Source: an uncultured delta proteobacterium
Lineage (GTDB): Bacteria > Desulfobacterota > Binatia > Binatales > Binataceae
NCBI GenBank assembly: GCA_963765675.1
Contig: CAVXXK010000001.1
Span: 192,001 to 256,000, forward strand
Direction of reading: 5' to 3'
Length of the DNA: 64,000 bases
A model generated the notes under the pieces. It was not told the DNA's origin, made no database searches, and saw only the letters and a list, made by a program, of their open reading frames with translations. Shown here in pieces: positions 52,452 through 62,560 of this stretch; positions within the stretch are counted from its first letter, which is position 1, and each line of letters starts with the position of its first letter. The position numbers and the translations under genes were made by a program.

Positions 52452-52860
52452 TCATTCGAAAACCTGGTCCAGCCAGTCGAAAGCCCGCTGATTCAATACG
52501 GACCGCGCGCTGGCCTCGCAATGATTGCCGGCTCCCTCTCTCGCGGTGAAGGCGATGAAGGCCTTCTTGCAGGTCAGTGCGTGATAGAGTGTGCTCGCGG
52601 TAATGCCGATCTCGTCGTTCTCGGCTGAGCAGATCAGCGTCGGACAGGAGGTCTGTTCGGCGCGGCTCTCGAGACTATATTTCTGCGTGAGGCGCATGTA
52701 TGCGAGTGGACTATCCAACCCGTGCACCCACAATACCCATCTCATGCCCCAGCCCTCGGTCAGATGGCGCATGCGCCGGCGCGCGATCAGATTCATCAGC
52801 CCCAGGGCCAAGGACATGCGAAGGAGACCGACGACGCGAAACCATACAGCAGCATCGCAA
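52452..52860 (-). pseudogene. C-terminal fragment of an alpha/beta hydrolase
   Basis: CPTLICSAEND, EGAGNHCE, RAFDWLD; N-terminal domain missing. Confidence 0.65.
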
Positions 52861-52942
52861 GACTGGCAACCGTTGACGGTCATCCCGGGGCGCAGCACCG
52901 TCCCGCTTTCAGCGAGTCTGCAAGAAAGGCAAGCTATCTGTC

Positions 52943-53905
52943 ATGAGCGGGCTATATCCACAGATCACACCATACGAACATGGCGCGCTGGAGGTTGGAG
53001 ACGGCAACCTCGTGTACTTTGAGGTTTGTGGTAACCCGCGCGGAAAGCCGGCCGTCGTCTTGCACGGCGGACCTGGGTCGGGATGTACGCCGTGGCATCG
53101 CAGGCTCTTCGATCCGGCCGCGTACCGTGCCGTGTTGCTCGACCAACGCAACTGCGGGCGAAGTACGCCGCACGCGAGTGCGCCCGATACGGTCCTCACG
53201 AGCAACAACACCGCAAACCTGATCGCGGATCTTGAATTACTGCGACAACACTTGCACATCGACCGATGGCTGGTGGCGGGCGGATCTTGGGGCAGTATCC
53301 TGGCGCTGGCATACGCCGAAACGCACGCGGATCACGTCACGCAAATGATCTTGTGGGGCGTCGCGACCGGCAGGCACAAGGAATTCGATTGGCTATTCCG
53401 CGGCGGTCTAGCGATCCTGTTTCCGGAGCAGTGGGAGCGACTCCGCGCTGCAGTACCGGCGGTCAAGCAGGATCGCGATGTCGTCGAGGCGTACTATCAA
53501 CTACTCAATGATCCCAATCCCACGATTCGCGAGCGAGCTGCCACCGCGTGGTGCACATGGGAGTCCGCAACGCCAGCTTGGCCTCCCGCCCCAGGACTCT
53601 CGCGGCGTTTCGCTGATCCCGCGTTCGCGCTGGCATACGCGCGTATCGTGACCCACTATGTCCGTCACAACTCGTGGCTCGCAGACGAGAGCCTGCTTCG
53701 CGGCGCCGATGCTCTAGGAGACATCCCAGGGATCATGGTGAATGGACGCTTTGATTTCCAAGCTCCCATCGGCTGGGCGTGGGACCTAAAGCGCGCGTGG
53801 CCGTCTGCCGAGTACGTGATCGTCGACGATGCCGGGCACGACGCGTCCGCCAAAGGCATCACGGATGAACTGATTCGCGCAACCGAAAGATTTGCTACGC
53901 GATAA
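52943..53905 (+). CDS. pip: Prolyl aminopeptidase
   Basis: GNPRGKP, HGGPG, DQRNCGRSTP, GGSWGS, GRFD, AGH. Confidence 0.93.
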   Translation: MSGLYPQITPYEHGALEVGDGNLVYFEVCGNPRGKPAVVLHGGPGSGCTPWHRRLFDPAAYRAVLLDQRNCGRSTPHASAPDTVLTSNNTANLIADLELLRQHLHIDRWLVAGGSWGSILALAYAETHADHVTQMILWGVATGRHKEFDWLFRGGLAILFPEQWERLRAAVPAVKQDRDVVEAYYQLLNDPNPTIRERAATAWCTWESATPAWPPAPGLSRRFADPAFALAYARIVTHYVRHNSWLADESLLRGADALGDIPGIMVNGRFDFQAPIGWAWDLKRAWPSAEYVIVDDAGHDASAKGITDELIRATERFATR

Positions 53906-54104
53906 TAGCGTCACAATCCAGACGCTCCCAGACGCGCCCCTGATCCGGCAAACAATACGCCACGGGCAATATGAGCATTTATCTTGGAAACCACAGAGCT
54001 GCCTCTGCGCTGGCGCGCGTCATGATTGTGGAGGATGAGGATTTTTCATGGTTCGGCGAATCATGCTCTGATCAAAACCGCAGTCAATTCGTACCGGCCA
54101 ACCT

Positions 54105-54120
54105 TGGCAGACTGTTTGCT
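54105..54120 (+). promoter_or_regulatory. sigma54 -24/-12 promoter motif
   Basis: TGGCAG-ACTGT-TTGCT upstream of the methyltransferase. Confidence 0.6.
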
Positions 54121-54167
54121 TGCTAAAACTCATCGGGGCGACAGTTCCTGAATTCATTTCTCGCCAG

Positions 54168-55010
54168 GTGAGCTTGAATCAGATTTACGATCATCCGGAC
54201 GATTACGATCTCGAACATCGCGCAGATGATGATGACATCGGCTTCTATTGCGCGCTAGCTCACAGATTGGCGCCGTCCACCATCATCGAGCTCGGCTGCG
54301 GGACGGGACGAATCACAGTCCCGCTGGCGCGGGTCGCGGTGCGGGACAATTTCAATATTATCGGGCTGGATTCAGGATCGGAAATGCTGGACAAGGCCCG
54401 CCAGCATCTGGCCAAAGCGCCATTCGAAGTTCGGCAGCGGGTGAAATTCGTCGAAAGCGACATGCGATCCTGGCGTGTCGGCTCGCCTGCCGAGCTTATA
54501 ATCGTGCCTTGTTCCTCAATCAGCCATGTATTGAGCCTTGACGATCAACTCGAGTTGTGGCGCACGGTCTTCGACAACCTGGCTGCGGGCGGCCATTTCG
54601 TTGTCGAAGTACAGATGCCGAACCTTGCGGCGTTTGCGGACTCATTCACCTCTCCGCCGCGGGTGGCGACCGAAGTCGATCTGGATGTGACCGACCCGCA
54701 GACCAAGTCACGCTTGCTTCGCCATAAGAGTACTTCGTATGTCAGCAGTGAGCAGAAAGCTTCAATTCGTTTCGTGTATGAAAGATTTGAGAAAACCGTA
54801 AGCGTGGAAAGATACATCGATGATTTCGCGAGCCACGTCTATTTCCCTCGTGAGCTCCAGCTCCTGTTTCTGCACACAGATTTTGAGGTCGAAGCAGTTT
54901 ACGGTGATTACCATTTCCGACCGCTCGAACCGGCATCGCAAGTGATTATCATGATCGGGAGAAAGCCTGGATCTGTCGCGAAAATATTACGAACACGCGG
55001 AGCCGAGTAG
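54168..55010 (+). CDS. Class I SAM-dependent methyltransferase
   Basis: ELGCGTGRI, GLDSGSEML, SDMR, YGDY; start uncertain. Confidence 0.88.
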   Translation: MSLNQIYDHPDDYDLEHRADDDDIGFYCALAHRLAPSTIIELGCGTGRITVPLARVAVRDNFNIIGLDSGSEMLDKARQHLAKAPFEVRQRVKFVESDMRSWRVGSPAELIIVPCSSISHVLSLDDQLELWRTVFDNLAAGGHFVVEVQMPNLAAFADSFTSPPRVATEVDLDVTDPQTKSRLLRHKSTSYVSSEQKASIRFVYERFEKTVSVERYIDDFASHVYFPRELQLLFLHTDFEVEAVYGDYHFRPLEPASQVIIMIGRKPGSVAKILRTRGAE

Positions 55011-55072
55011 GTTATTTTTACCGATCGGACACATCCACGTGCGATAAACCTTACGCGCTCAAGCCCTGTCGG

Positions 55073-55088
55073 TGGCATGGGCTGTGCT
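55073..55088 (+). promoter_or_regulatory. sigma54 -24/-12 promoter motif
   Basis: TGGCAT-GGGCT-GTGCT, followed by GGAGG and ATG 55117. Confidence 0.65.
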
Positions 55089-55116
55089 CCTACCTCAACC
55101 GGAGGTTTTACAGAAT

Positions 55117-55419
55117 ATGAAAAAGATTATGCAATGTCTTGCAATTTCAGCGCTGAGCTTGGTTGCCGTATCATTCGTAACCGCTTGCGGCTCGACGAAG
55201 GAAGAGACCACTCACACGACTACTTATGTTCCCGAGGCTCCTGCTCCGCTAGTTGTCAATCCCGCACCGGTCGTCGTGGCTTCTCCCCCGGTAACGACTT
55301 CTTCGACCACAGTTGAGAAGCGCAGCCAGTCAAATACCACGGAAATGACGCCAATGGGCAATACCGGTGATTCCACCTCGATGTATCACAGCGAAACTTC
55401 AACAACCGGTCCACAATAG
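55117..55419 (+). CDS. Thr/Pro-rich small lipoprotein
   Basis: MKK..hydrophobic..VTA-C lipobox, low-complexity mature part. Confidence 0.75.
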   Translation: MKKIMQCLAISALSLVAVSFVTACGSTKEETTHTTTYVPEAPAPLVVNPAPVVVASPPVTTSSTTVEKRSQSNTTEMTPMGNTGDSTSMYHSETSTTGPQ

Positions 55420-55484
55420 CATTCGAGTGGCTCTTCATACTTCGATGTCTCCCGTCTGAGGCACTCGGAGATTCAACAGTTCGT

Positions 55485-55513
55485 GAGCGGGAAGGCTCTT
55501 GGCCTTCCCGCTC
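55485..55513. terminator. Perfect 12-bp stem hairpin (terminator or processing site)
   Basis: GAGCGGGAAGGC-tcttg-GCCTTCCCGCTC; no strong U-tract. Confidence 0.45.
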
Positions 55514-55543
55514 TGACTACTTCCATTACAAAGCAAAGGTGAA

Positions 55544-55981
55544 GTGAATCATATGAGAACTCAGGACAACGCACTTAGGCGAATCGCTACAGGTATTGTC
55601 GCGATAGCGGCAACGGCCGCGTGCCTGATAGCCGCGCCGACGACCGCAAGTGCTCAGCAGTCAATGCCGTCGGCAGCGGCGGACACACCAGCCGCCACGT
55701 TAAAAAGCGACAGTTTGCAAGAGGAGCATGTTCACTCGGCGACCACACACAGCTATTCGTCCGAGGCCGCTCGTGCGAACGACGCGATGCTGATAACGGA
55801 AGTCAAATCGGCGCTCTCGAAGTCGGGGGTTACCAAGAATCAAGCTGTGGTAGTGGACTGCGACCATGGGACGGTAACGCTCGCAGGAGCTGTAGCGTCG
55901 GCATCCGCCGCGCACCAGGCTGTTCAAATAGCATCCGCGGTGCAGGGCGTCAGAAGCGTGAATAGCAAGCTGACCTGGTAA
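55544..55981 (+). CDS. BON domain protein, secreted
   Basis: Signal peptide; DAMLITEVKSAL, GTVTLAGAV, VQGVRSVNSKL. Confidence 0.88.
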   Translation: MNHMRTQDNALRRIATGIVAIAATAACLIAAPTTASAQQSMPSAAADTPAATLKSDSLQEEHVHSATTHSYSSEAARANDAMLITEVKSALSKSGVTKNQAVVVDCDHGTVTLAGAVASASAAHQAVQIASAVQGVRSVNSKLTW

Positions 55982-56037
55982 ACTCGCAATCGCCCGGCTG
56001 ACGGGGTATTTCCTCGCGTTCCACGGAGTATCGGACA

Positions 56038-56235
56038 CTATCGCAGAGGTGGGATCCGTACACCGGGGATATTTCCGATCAGCCCGAAGGCCTGCAAGAG
56101 CCAGATTACCACCACAATAAACACTACTATGTTGAGCAAGCTCTTGATGCCGGCCGCCATCGGAATGTAGGTATTTATCAGCCACATTATTAATCCGATC
56201 ACAACCAGAACAATCACTATACTCACTAATGTCAT
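56038..56235 (-). CDS. Thivi_2564-like small membrane protein
   Basis: LVVIGLIMWLINTYIPMAAGIKSLLNIVV..WLLQAFG. Confidence 0.85.
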   Translation of the reverse strand: MTLVSIVIVLVVIGLIMWLINTYIPMAAGIKSLLNIVVFIVVVIWLLQAFGLIGNIPGVRIPPLR

Positions 56236-56400
56236 AGGTTCACTCCGAGCGGCTTTAGCTCCGGCTATCTGGTCCTTTGCGCGCTTGATCTGTCACTGCA
56301 CTACCTAGTATATGCTGCCCGGTGGCGCGGGTGCCAGCATTTATCGACGCGAGCTTATGAGTTCGTGTCTATTCCTCATTCTGTTGAAGTGTTCCTCCTA

Positions 56401-57378
56401 CTAATGCGTAGCCTTCTCCTCCCGCCGGTTGTCGCTTTTGCGAACCGCGGGTTCAGGCTGGCGTCTCGTTTCCGGCGACCGCTCGCGTTTGGCCTGCTGC
56501 GGCTGATGCGGATTCTCGGGCCGTTTGGCTTGACGCTGGGTCTCCTTCACCTGGCGGACGTTTTCTTGTTGATGTGAATTTGCTTGACGATGCTCGCTGG
56601 CGCGCTGCTGGTTCGCTCGAGGTTCATTGACCTCTGGCGCGCGCTGGAATGTGTTTTTTTCATTCGATCGTTCGTTGGTCGCCTGGCGTTTCGCAGTAGT
56701 GGAACGCTGGTCCTGCTGAGTTTGCGCGGGCATCGCATGCTGTTTGCGATAACTCTGCCGCTCAGAGGCGGATTCCCAGTTGCGATGTTCCGCCAGCCAG
56801 TTGGGATGATTAGCCGTTACCCAAACCGGATTCTGGTTGTACCACCATTCGCCATAATGCCACTGATGTTGTGCGTCGTAAGCACCATCCTGACTGAGCC
56901 ATCGCGAATCGAGCGAGGCCCATGATTGATGATTGTCGTAGAACCAGTTCGGATTGTTCGCGTGCCACCAATAGGCGTCGCGCCATTGATGCTGTTGGTC
57001 GTAGCCGCCCCACGGCGTCTCGGGCAGTCCTTCCGCCCAGTCCTGTCCACTCAGTGCCCGCCATTCGTAAGGGTGATTCTCCAAGTATTGTTCCAACGCG
57101 GGGAACTGGTATCGCCAACGGGCATCATAAAGCAGGCTGGGATTCCGGGCGAGCGCTTGCGCAATATTTGGATGATACGCGAGAAAATACTGAAAACTCT
57201 GGTTTCCTGGGCTCTGAGAGACGTTGTTGAACCAAGGGTAGTTGTTCGAAAACCCCGGCACCTCGGGCATCGTAAAGTCCGCGTTGGCCGGCACGGCAAC
57301 CAACCAAACGGCCAGGATTGCGCCGAGCCCTGACAACACCATTATTTTGATGGAAACATGGAAACGAGGTGGTCTCAT
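56401..57378 (-). CDS. Secreted Trp/His/Asn-rich repeat protein with Gln/Arg-rich tail
   Basis: GGAGG RBS, signal peptide, duplicated G.YD.QHQW....WW...NP.W...NH..W unit. Confidence 0.75.
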   Translation of the reverse strand: MRPPRFHVSIKIMVLSGLGAILAVWLVAVPANADFTMPEVPGFSNNYPWFNNVSQSPGNQSFQYFLAYHPNIAQALARNPSLLYDARWRYQFPALEQYLENHPYEWRALSGQDWAEGLPETPWGGYDQQHQWRDAYWWHANNPNWFYDNHQSWASLDSRWLSQDGAYDAQHQWHYGEWWYNQNPVWVTANHPNWLAEHRNWESASERQSYRKQHAMPAQTQQDQRSTTAKRQATNERSNEKNTFQRAPEVNEPRANQQRASEHRQANSHQQENVRQVKETQRQAKRPENPHQPQQAKRERSPETRRQPEPAVRKSDNRREEKATH

Positions 57379-57559
57379 GCGAGCCTCCTCAAGCCTTCAA
57401 TGCTTAACGCTTGGCGATGGGTCGAGCGGAGAGTGGTCAAAGGCGAGAGGAAGAACCACAATCGGGCAGGATCGCAGTCGGGATCCAACACTATATTGAG
57501 CCGACCATTCTAGTTTCCGCCAGCGTTCCGTAAAGGTCAATGCAATAAGAATACTTGGT

Positions 57560-57871
57560 CTACTTATTAACGCTTCTTCTAAGGTTTCTGCGGAGGAACG
57601 CCTTACGAGCGGTAAAACTCAACAACGCCGCGGCAATAACGGGACCGGCAAGCCAACTATCTGTTCTCGAACCAAGAAAGAACCCCAAGGCGCAGGCGGC
57701 TATGGATGCACCCACCGCATGGGCTTCAATAATATGATCAGGACGCAAATCACTTTCAGCGCGCTCGAACCTGACGCTGACTTCTTTTAGTGTATCCCGG
57801 AGATCCTGGCGCGCTTCGGTTCGTTCGATGCGATCGTGAGAGATCGTTTCCTGAGCTATCCTGATATCCAC
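57560..57871 (-). CDS. Hypothetical membrane protein (DUF3618/ElaB-like tail-anchored)
   Basis: IERTEARQDLRDTL coiled segment followed by hydrophobic segments; GGAG RBS. Confidence 0.6.
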   Translation of the reverse strand: MDIRIAQETISHDRIERTEARQDLRDTLKEVSVRFERAESDLRPDHIIEAHAVGASIAACALGFFLGSRTDSWLAGPVIAAALLSFTARKAFLRRNLRRSVNK

Positions 57872-58075
57872 GAAAAGTTTACTCCCTCAGGACGCGTGCC
57901 TGGCAAGACGCTCAGCGAAACTGAGCGCTTCACTGCTAAGAATCAGAGCGGCAGAAATAAATGCCATCTTGGAGAGCTGCGGCTCTTCGTCGCTTCTGAT
58001 GTCCTCTGTTGAACTTCAATAGTATCGCGACAGGGATATTCGGGCTATCGCCTCAGGATGCCTTTTGTTATCTGA

Positions 58076-58091
58076 AGCACCAAGGGTGCCG
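58076..58091 (-). promoter_or_regulatory. sigma54 -24/-12 promoter motif
   Basis: CGGCAC-CCTTG-GTGCT on the minus strand, upstream of the 57871 gene. Confidence 0.5.
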
Positions 58092-58133
58092 AAGCCGAAA
58101 GATGGCAGCGGGTCTTGCTGTTAAACTACCGCT

Positions 58134-58874
58134 ATGCGCGCAGCGCCCGTATCTGAAATCCGAAGACTCCGTGGCCTCAAGAACATTTCTTGGCTCACAT
58201 CGCGCCAAGTGAACAGACTCGCCGCAGCGCTGACTCTGAGACGAGTCAAAGTGCACGGGATCATTTTCGATGAACACCAATCCCCGGAATCCGCGTTTGT
58301 GCTGCTGGAGGGAGTCGCGCGAATCACGTGCCGGAACCGTAAAGGCGATCGCACACTCGTGATCATGGTTGCGCCGGGAATGATTCCGGGCTTTCCGCCG
58401 CCGGTTTCCGGAATCAGGTACAACTTCCGTTGCGAGGCGGTTACCGACTGCCAGGTCGGTGCCGTCGAGTTGGACACTTTCATCGAAATCGCGCTAGGGA
58501 TTGCTTCGGCGGATTTCAAGCGAATGGCTGCAAGCTACTCCGGGCGATGGGATCTGGTGCAATTGCGCTGCGCGAACTTCATGAGCTGCACGCTCGAGGA
58601 GCGGGTGGCCCTGATTCTGCTGGAGTTGAGTGAGAATTTTGGCGTTCAAGATCGGCAAGGAGTGCGACTAACCGTGCCTGCGCGGCATCGGGACTTTGCG
58701 GAACTGGTAGGAGCCTCCAGACCGCGAGTAACCGAATATCTCGCCGCGTTTGAGCGCGACCACATGATCGTTCGCGACGGGCGTCAGTTGATTGTCAGAC
58801 GCGATCGGCTGCAGAAGTTTCTCGCGCAAAAACATGCCTCTGCAAGCCGTAACGGTTCAGATAATTCGCTCTGA
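58134..58874 (+). CDS. Crp/Fnr family transcriptional regulator
   Basis: cNMP-like barrel (LLEGVARITC), ERVALILLEL, HTH HRDFAELVGASRPRVTE. Confidence 0.88.
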   Translation: MRAAPVSEIRRLRGLKNISWLTSRQVNRLAAALTLRRVKVHGIIFDEHQSPESAFVLLEGVARITCRNRKGDRTLVIMVAPGMIPGFPPPVSGIRYNFRCEAVTDCQVGAVELDTFIEIALGIASADFKRMAASYSGRWDLVQLRCANFMSCTLEERVALILLELSENFGVQDRQGVRLTVPARHRDFAELVGASRPRVTEYLAAFERDHMIVRDGRQLIVRRDRLQKFLAQKHASASRNGSDNSL

Positions 58875-59027
58875 CGATAGCCGCCATCCGTAATCTTGGC
58901 TCTCTGGAGACCATAATTGCCTGCGAAAAGTCGTTGCGCTGCAACCATAATGTTCTCTGAATAACATTTTGGTTGATTGAAGCGTGCGCGTGGCATAGGC
59001 TCATCACATGCTCCTAGAGGTGTGATT

Positions 59028-59714
59028 TTGAATGAACCCCGCAATTCTTCAGGTAGTGATTTCGACAGACTGAGCCGGCTTAAGACCCTGTCCTGGCTTT
59101 CCACTTCCGAGCTCGGGATGCTCGCCGGAGCCCTCGCGCTTACCGACTACAAACGATCGCAGATAATGTTTCGCGAAGCCGCTTTCGCCTCCGATGCGCA
59201 CATCTTGTTAAGAGGCATCGCGCGCATCACGTGCCAGAACGCCCACGGTGAGCGGGTGACGATCGCTCTGCTTCCACCGGGCCCGATTCCCGAGTTTCCT
59301 TCCGAACCTAAGAGCCTGCTCGATTTTCAGTGCGAGGCGTACAACGATTGCAGAGTCGGCAGCGTGGGCTGGAATGATTTCGACGGCATCACCATTCATA
59401 GCTCGGAATCGGCCTTCAAGAGATTTCATCAAAACGATTTGCGTCAGTGGTACCGGCTACTTCTGCGAAGCTCGAGTTTTCTCAACCTCAGCCTTCGTGA
59501 ACGCATCACCATTACACTGCTCGAACTAGCTTCCGATTTTGGCATCAAGGAATCCCGCGGTTCGCTCCTGAGAGCCTCGTTCAGTCATCAGGACATCGCG
59601 GATCTGGTCGGAGCTTCCCGGCCAAGGGTGACCGAGCATCTGGCTCAATTGGAGCGCGAGCATCTGGTTATTCGCCAGGGCCGGCAACTGATTGTGTGCG
59701 TCGACAAAGAATAG
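59028..59714 (+). CDS. Crp/Fnr family transcriptional regulator (paralog)
   Basis: LLRGIARITC, ERITITLLEL, HTH HQDIADLVGASRPRVTE. Confidence 0.88.
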   Translation: MNEPRNSSGSDFDRLSRLKTLSWLSTSELGMLAGALALTDYKRSQIMFREAAFASDAHILLRGIARITCQNAHGERVTIALLPPGPIPEFPSEPKSLLDFQCEAYNDCRVGSVGWNDFDGITIHSSESAFKRFHQNDLRQWYRLLLRSSSFLNLSLRERITITLLELASDFGIKESRGSLLRASFSHQDIADLVGASRPRVTEHLAQLEREHLVIRQGRQLIVCVDKE

Positions 59715-59767
59715 GGTCGGGGCACTGACCTCCACGCATAGCCTTTGCCCGATAGTCTTGAATCAAC

Positions 59768-60565
59768 TCACTTCGATTTGGGTTCAAATTTCGCGAGGTA
59801 TGGCTCGACGTCGGGCGCAAACGCCGGATGCCTGCGCAGCAGGGCGAGGTGCGCGAATGCTCGCGGAAAAACTTCATCGATCTTCGCATGCAATATCGGC
59901 TCAAGGCTTTTGCGCTCTAGCTGCTCGAAGCTTCTCCGCTCGTTGAAGAACAAGCTCATCTCGGCAACGAAACAGATATCCGCCAGAGTCAGGCGATCAC
60001 CGACCAGGTACTCGCGATCAGGCGCAAGAGCCTGATCGATTCCGCCGGCGTAGATTGCGAATCCGTCGCGCGCTCTTGCGTGAATCTCCGGCGAGACCGT
60101 GCCGTCGAGCAAGGAAAGAAGATAGATTTGCGCGTCGCGCGCGAACACAAGACTCACGTCCAGAAAGCTATCGACGCGCGCCGCCTCATATGGACTACTT
60201 CCGTACAGAGGAAATCTATTCTCTCCCAGCCGGGCGACCGCACGCATGATGCTGTTGGATTCAAAAATGCCGATCTTACCGTCGGGACTGAACGCGGCTG
60301 GAACGGTGCCGAATGGATGCGCAGCGATGAAGGCGCTCGTCTTGTGCAACGTTCCCGTGAAACCGATTTTTCCGGCGGCTCCCCTGCTCGAATGGGCTCG
60401 CTCGTCGTTCGAAAGAGGCCGCGCATCGAAGTCCCAGAGCCAGGATTGGAGATCTTTTGGCGCGCTCCCCCTAACGTCGATTTCGATTCCGCAAAGACGC
60501 GCCGCGATCGTCGCCTTCCAAATGCGCGGGTTCGGCAGATAGGAAAAAATCCTGAGCTGAATCAT
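59768..60565 (-). CDS. Glutathione S-transferase (EF1B-gamma-like)
   Basis: HPFGTVPA, FESNSI, YLVGDRLTLADI. Confidence 0.85.
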   Translation of the reverse strand: MIQLRIFSYLPNPRIWKATIAARLCGIEIDVRGSAPKDLQSWLWDFDARPLSNDERAHSSRGAAGKIGFTGTLHKTSAFIAAHPFGTVPAAFSPDGKIGIFESNSIMRAVARLGENRFPLYGSSPYEAARVDSFLDVSLVFARDAQIYLLSLLDGTVSPEIHARARDGFAIYAGGIDQALAPDREYLVGDRLTLADICFVAEMSLFFNERRSFEQLERKSLEPILHAKIDEVFPRAFAHLALLRRHPAFAPDVEPYLAKFEPKSK

Positions 60566-60618
60566 GGTCGCTGCTTAATCCGAGTGGGTTCGCGTCTGCG
60601 TCCGCGTCCTGTGATCAC

Positions 60619-61326
60619 CTACCAGGTTTCGCCGAACGGCCTGACCTCGACGTTGAAGGACCATGCGCTGCGATCCTGATGCGCGACATGCCAAACTTCC
60701 TCGGCGATGGCGGAAGGCTTGATGAAGAACGCGTCGGGAGCCTGTGGGAATCGCTTGCGCGTCCATTCCAGATCGATCACCGCGTCGATCAGCACGTAGG
60801 CAACATGCACGCCTTTGGGTCCGAGCTCGCGCGCGATCGATTCGGCGAGAATTCGTTGCGCTGCTTTGGTCGGCGCAAACCCCGCGAAATTAGCTTTGCC
60901 GCGAAGCGCAGAAGTGTTGCCGCTGGCGACGATCGCACCGTCTCCAGCGGCGATCATCGCCGGAGCAAGCCGGCGCGCAAGAAGCAGCAACGCCATCGTG
61001 TTTACCTGAAAGTTCTGGTTCAGAACTTTCGGATCGATTTCCATGAAGTTGCCAAACGCGCCGCCGACCGCGTTATGCACCAGTATCTTGGGCGCGCCGA
61101 GTTCGGCGTGTATCGCACCGAGTGCGGCGTCGATTTGTGATTCGTCGGTCACATCACATGGAAACGCGCGAGTGCCCACAATCTCGCTCTCGAGCCGAGA
61201 CAGGCGTTCCCGATTGCGCGCAAGCATCGCAACCGCAAATCCTCCGTGCGCGAATCGTCGCGCAATAGCCGCGCCGGTTCCCGGACCTACGCCGGTTACA
61301 ACTGCGACAGGCTTAGTATTACTCAT
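60619..61326 (-). CDS. SDR family oxidoreductase
   Basis: TGVGPGTG, HNA, FAPTK, HVAYVLIDAVID. Confidence 0.9.
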   Translation of the reverse strand: MSNTKPVAVVTGVGPGTGAAIARRFAHGGFAVAMLARNRERLSRLESEIVGTRAFPCDVTDESQIDAALGAIHAELGAPKILVHNAVGGAFGNFMEIDPKVLNQNFQVNTMALLLLARRLAPAMIAAGDGAIVASGNTSALRGKANFAGFAPTKAAQRILAESIARELGPKGVHVAYVLIDAVIDLEWTRKRFPQAPDAFFIKPSAIAEEVWHVAHQDRSAWSFNVEVRPFGETW

Positions 61327-62536
61327 TGCGACCTCCGCTGCTGTTGCTCTCTGCATGTCTCACGACACGAGTTTCCTCGAGACGCGCGATATCTTCGATG
61401 CTGTAGCCCAGGTCGCGAAGAATCGCCGCGCTATCCGCTCCGAGGATCGGCGCAAGTTGGCGAATGCTCGCGGGAGTGCGGTCGAAGAGCGCCGCGGGGC
61501 GCGGCATTCTTACTTTGCCGAACGTCGGGCTCTCATGCTCCTGGAGGATTTTGTTTTCGCGCACCTGCGGTTCCTTCAGAAGCTCGAAACGGCTGAGCAC
61601 CGGCGCCGAAGGAACATCATTGGCGAGAAGCCGCGGCAAAATCTCACTCGCCGTCCACTTCTCGAGTTCTGCGGTCGCGATCTCGCGGCGCTCGACCGCA
61701 TTTTTGGATCGCGAGCGCGCTGTCTTGAAACGAGGATCGTCGATCAGATCCTCGCGATTGAATGCCCGGCACATCCCGGCCCATTCGTCGTCTGACAGAG
61801 CTCCCGCGGTGATGTAGCGATCCTGCGTTGCAAATACGAGGTCAGGACCGACCTCGCCGTCGGAAGGATCTTGTTCTTCTCCGACGAAGGTCAGGCTCGG
61901 CATCGCTTCCGGCCACAGATAGGCGATCATCGCGTCCAGCATCGCGATTCTGACGTGCTGGCCTTGTCCGGATCGCTCTCTGGCGAACAGCGCCGCGGTG
62001 ATCGCTTGCGACGCGGTCAATGCCGTCGTGTAGTCTGCTATGATCGTGCGAACCATCCTGGGACGCCCCGTGTCGCGATCGCGCTGGATTTCCGCAAGAC
62101 CCGAGAGCGCCTGTATCACCGGATCGTAAGCGCGCTGGCCCGCATAGGGTCCGCTCTCTCCAAAGCCGGTTATAGACACATAGATAATGTCCGGACGACT
62201 CGCGCGCACGGCGTCTTCACCCAGACCCATGCGCTCAGCGACGCCCGGGCGGAAGTTGTGCACGACGACTGCCGCCGACGCAATGAGCTTGCCTATTATC
62301 TCAAGTCCCTGCGCTGATTTCAGATCGATCGCCAGCGAGCGTTTGTTGCGATTGCAAGAGAGAAACGGCGCTGACATTCCGTTGCGGCCATGCGCGAGAT
62401 GACGCATCAGCTCTCCGTTCGGAGGCTCGATCTTGATCACCTCCGCGCCCTGGTCGGCCAGCATCATGGTTGCTACCGGCCCCGCAACCATGCTCGTGAA
62501 GTCCAGGACTCGAATACCTTCCAGCGGTCCGGTCAT
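61319..62536 (-). CDS. CaiB/BaiF family CoA-transferase
   Basis: PLEGIRVLDF, ADQGAEVIKIEPP, NRNKRSL, NFRPG, YDPVIQALSG. Confidence 0.93.
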   Translation of the reverse strand: MTGPLEGIRVLDFTSMVAGPVATMMLADQGAEVIKIEPPNGELMRHLAHGRNGMSAPFLSCNRNKRSLAIDLKSAQGLEIIGKLIASAAVVVHNFRPGVAERMGLGEDAVRASRPDIIYVSITGFGESGPYAGQRAYDPVIQALSGLAEIQRDRDTGRPRMVRTIIADYTTALTASQAITAALFARERSGQGQHVRIAMLDAMIAYLWPEAMPSLTFVGEEQDPSDGEVGPDLVFATQDRYITAGALSDDEWAGMCRAFNREDLIDDPRFKTARSRSKNAVERREIATAELEKWTASEILPRLLANDVPSAPVLSRFELLKEPQVRENKILQEHESPTFGKVRMPRPAALFDRTPASIRQLAPILGADSAAILRDLGYSIEDIARLEETRVVRHAESNSSGGRNE

Positions 62537-62560
62537 TTGTTTAAGCTCCTTGCGAGCCGA

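Noticed and set aside
56322-56337. TGGCAC upstream of the Thivi_2564-like gene as a sigma54 promoter
   Set aside because: No GC at the -12 position
57951-57966. TGGCATTTATTTCTGC on the minus strand as a sigma54 promoter
   Set aside because: GG-GC spacing is 11 nt rather than the required 10
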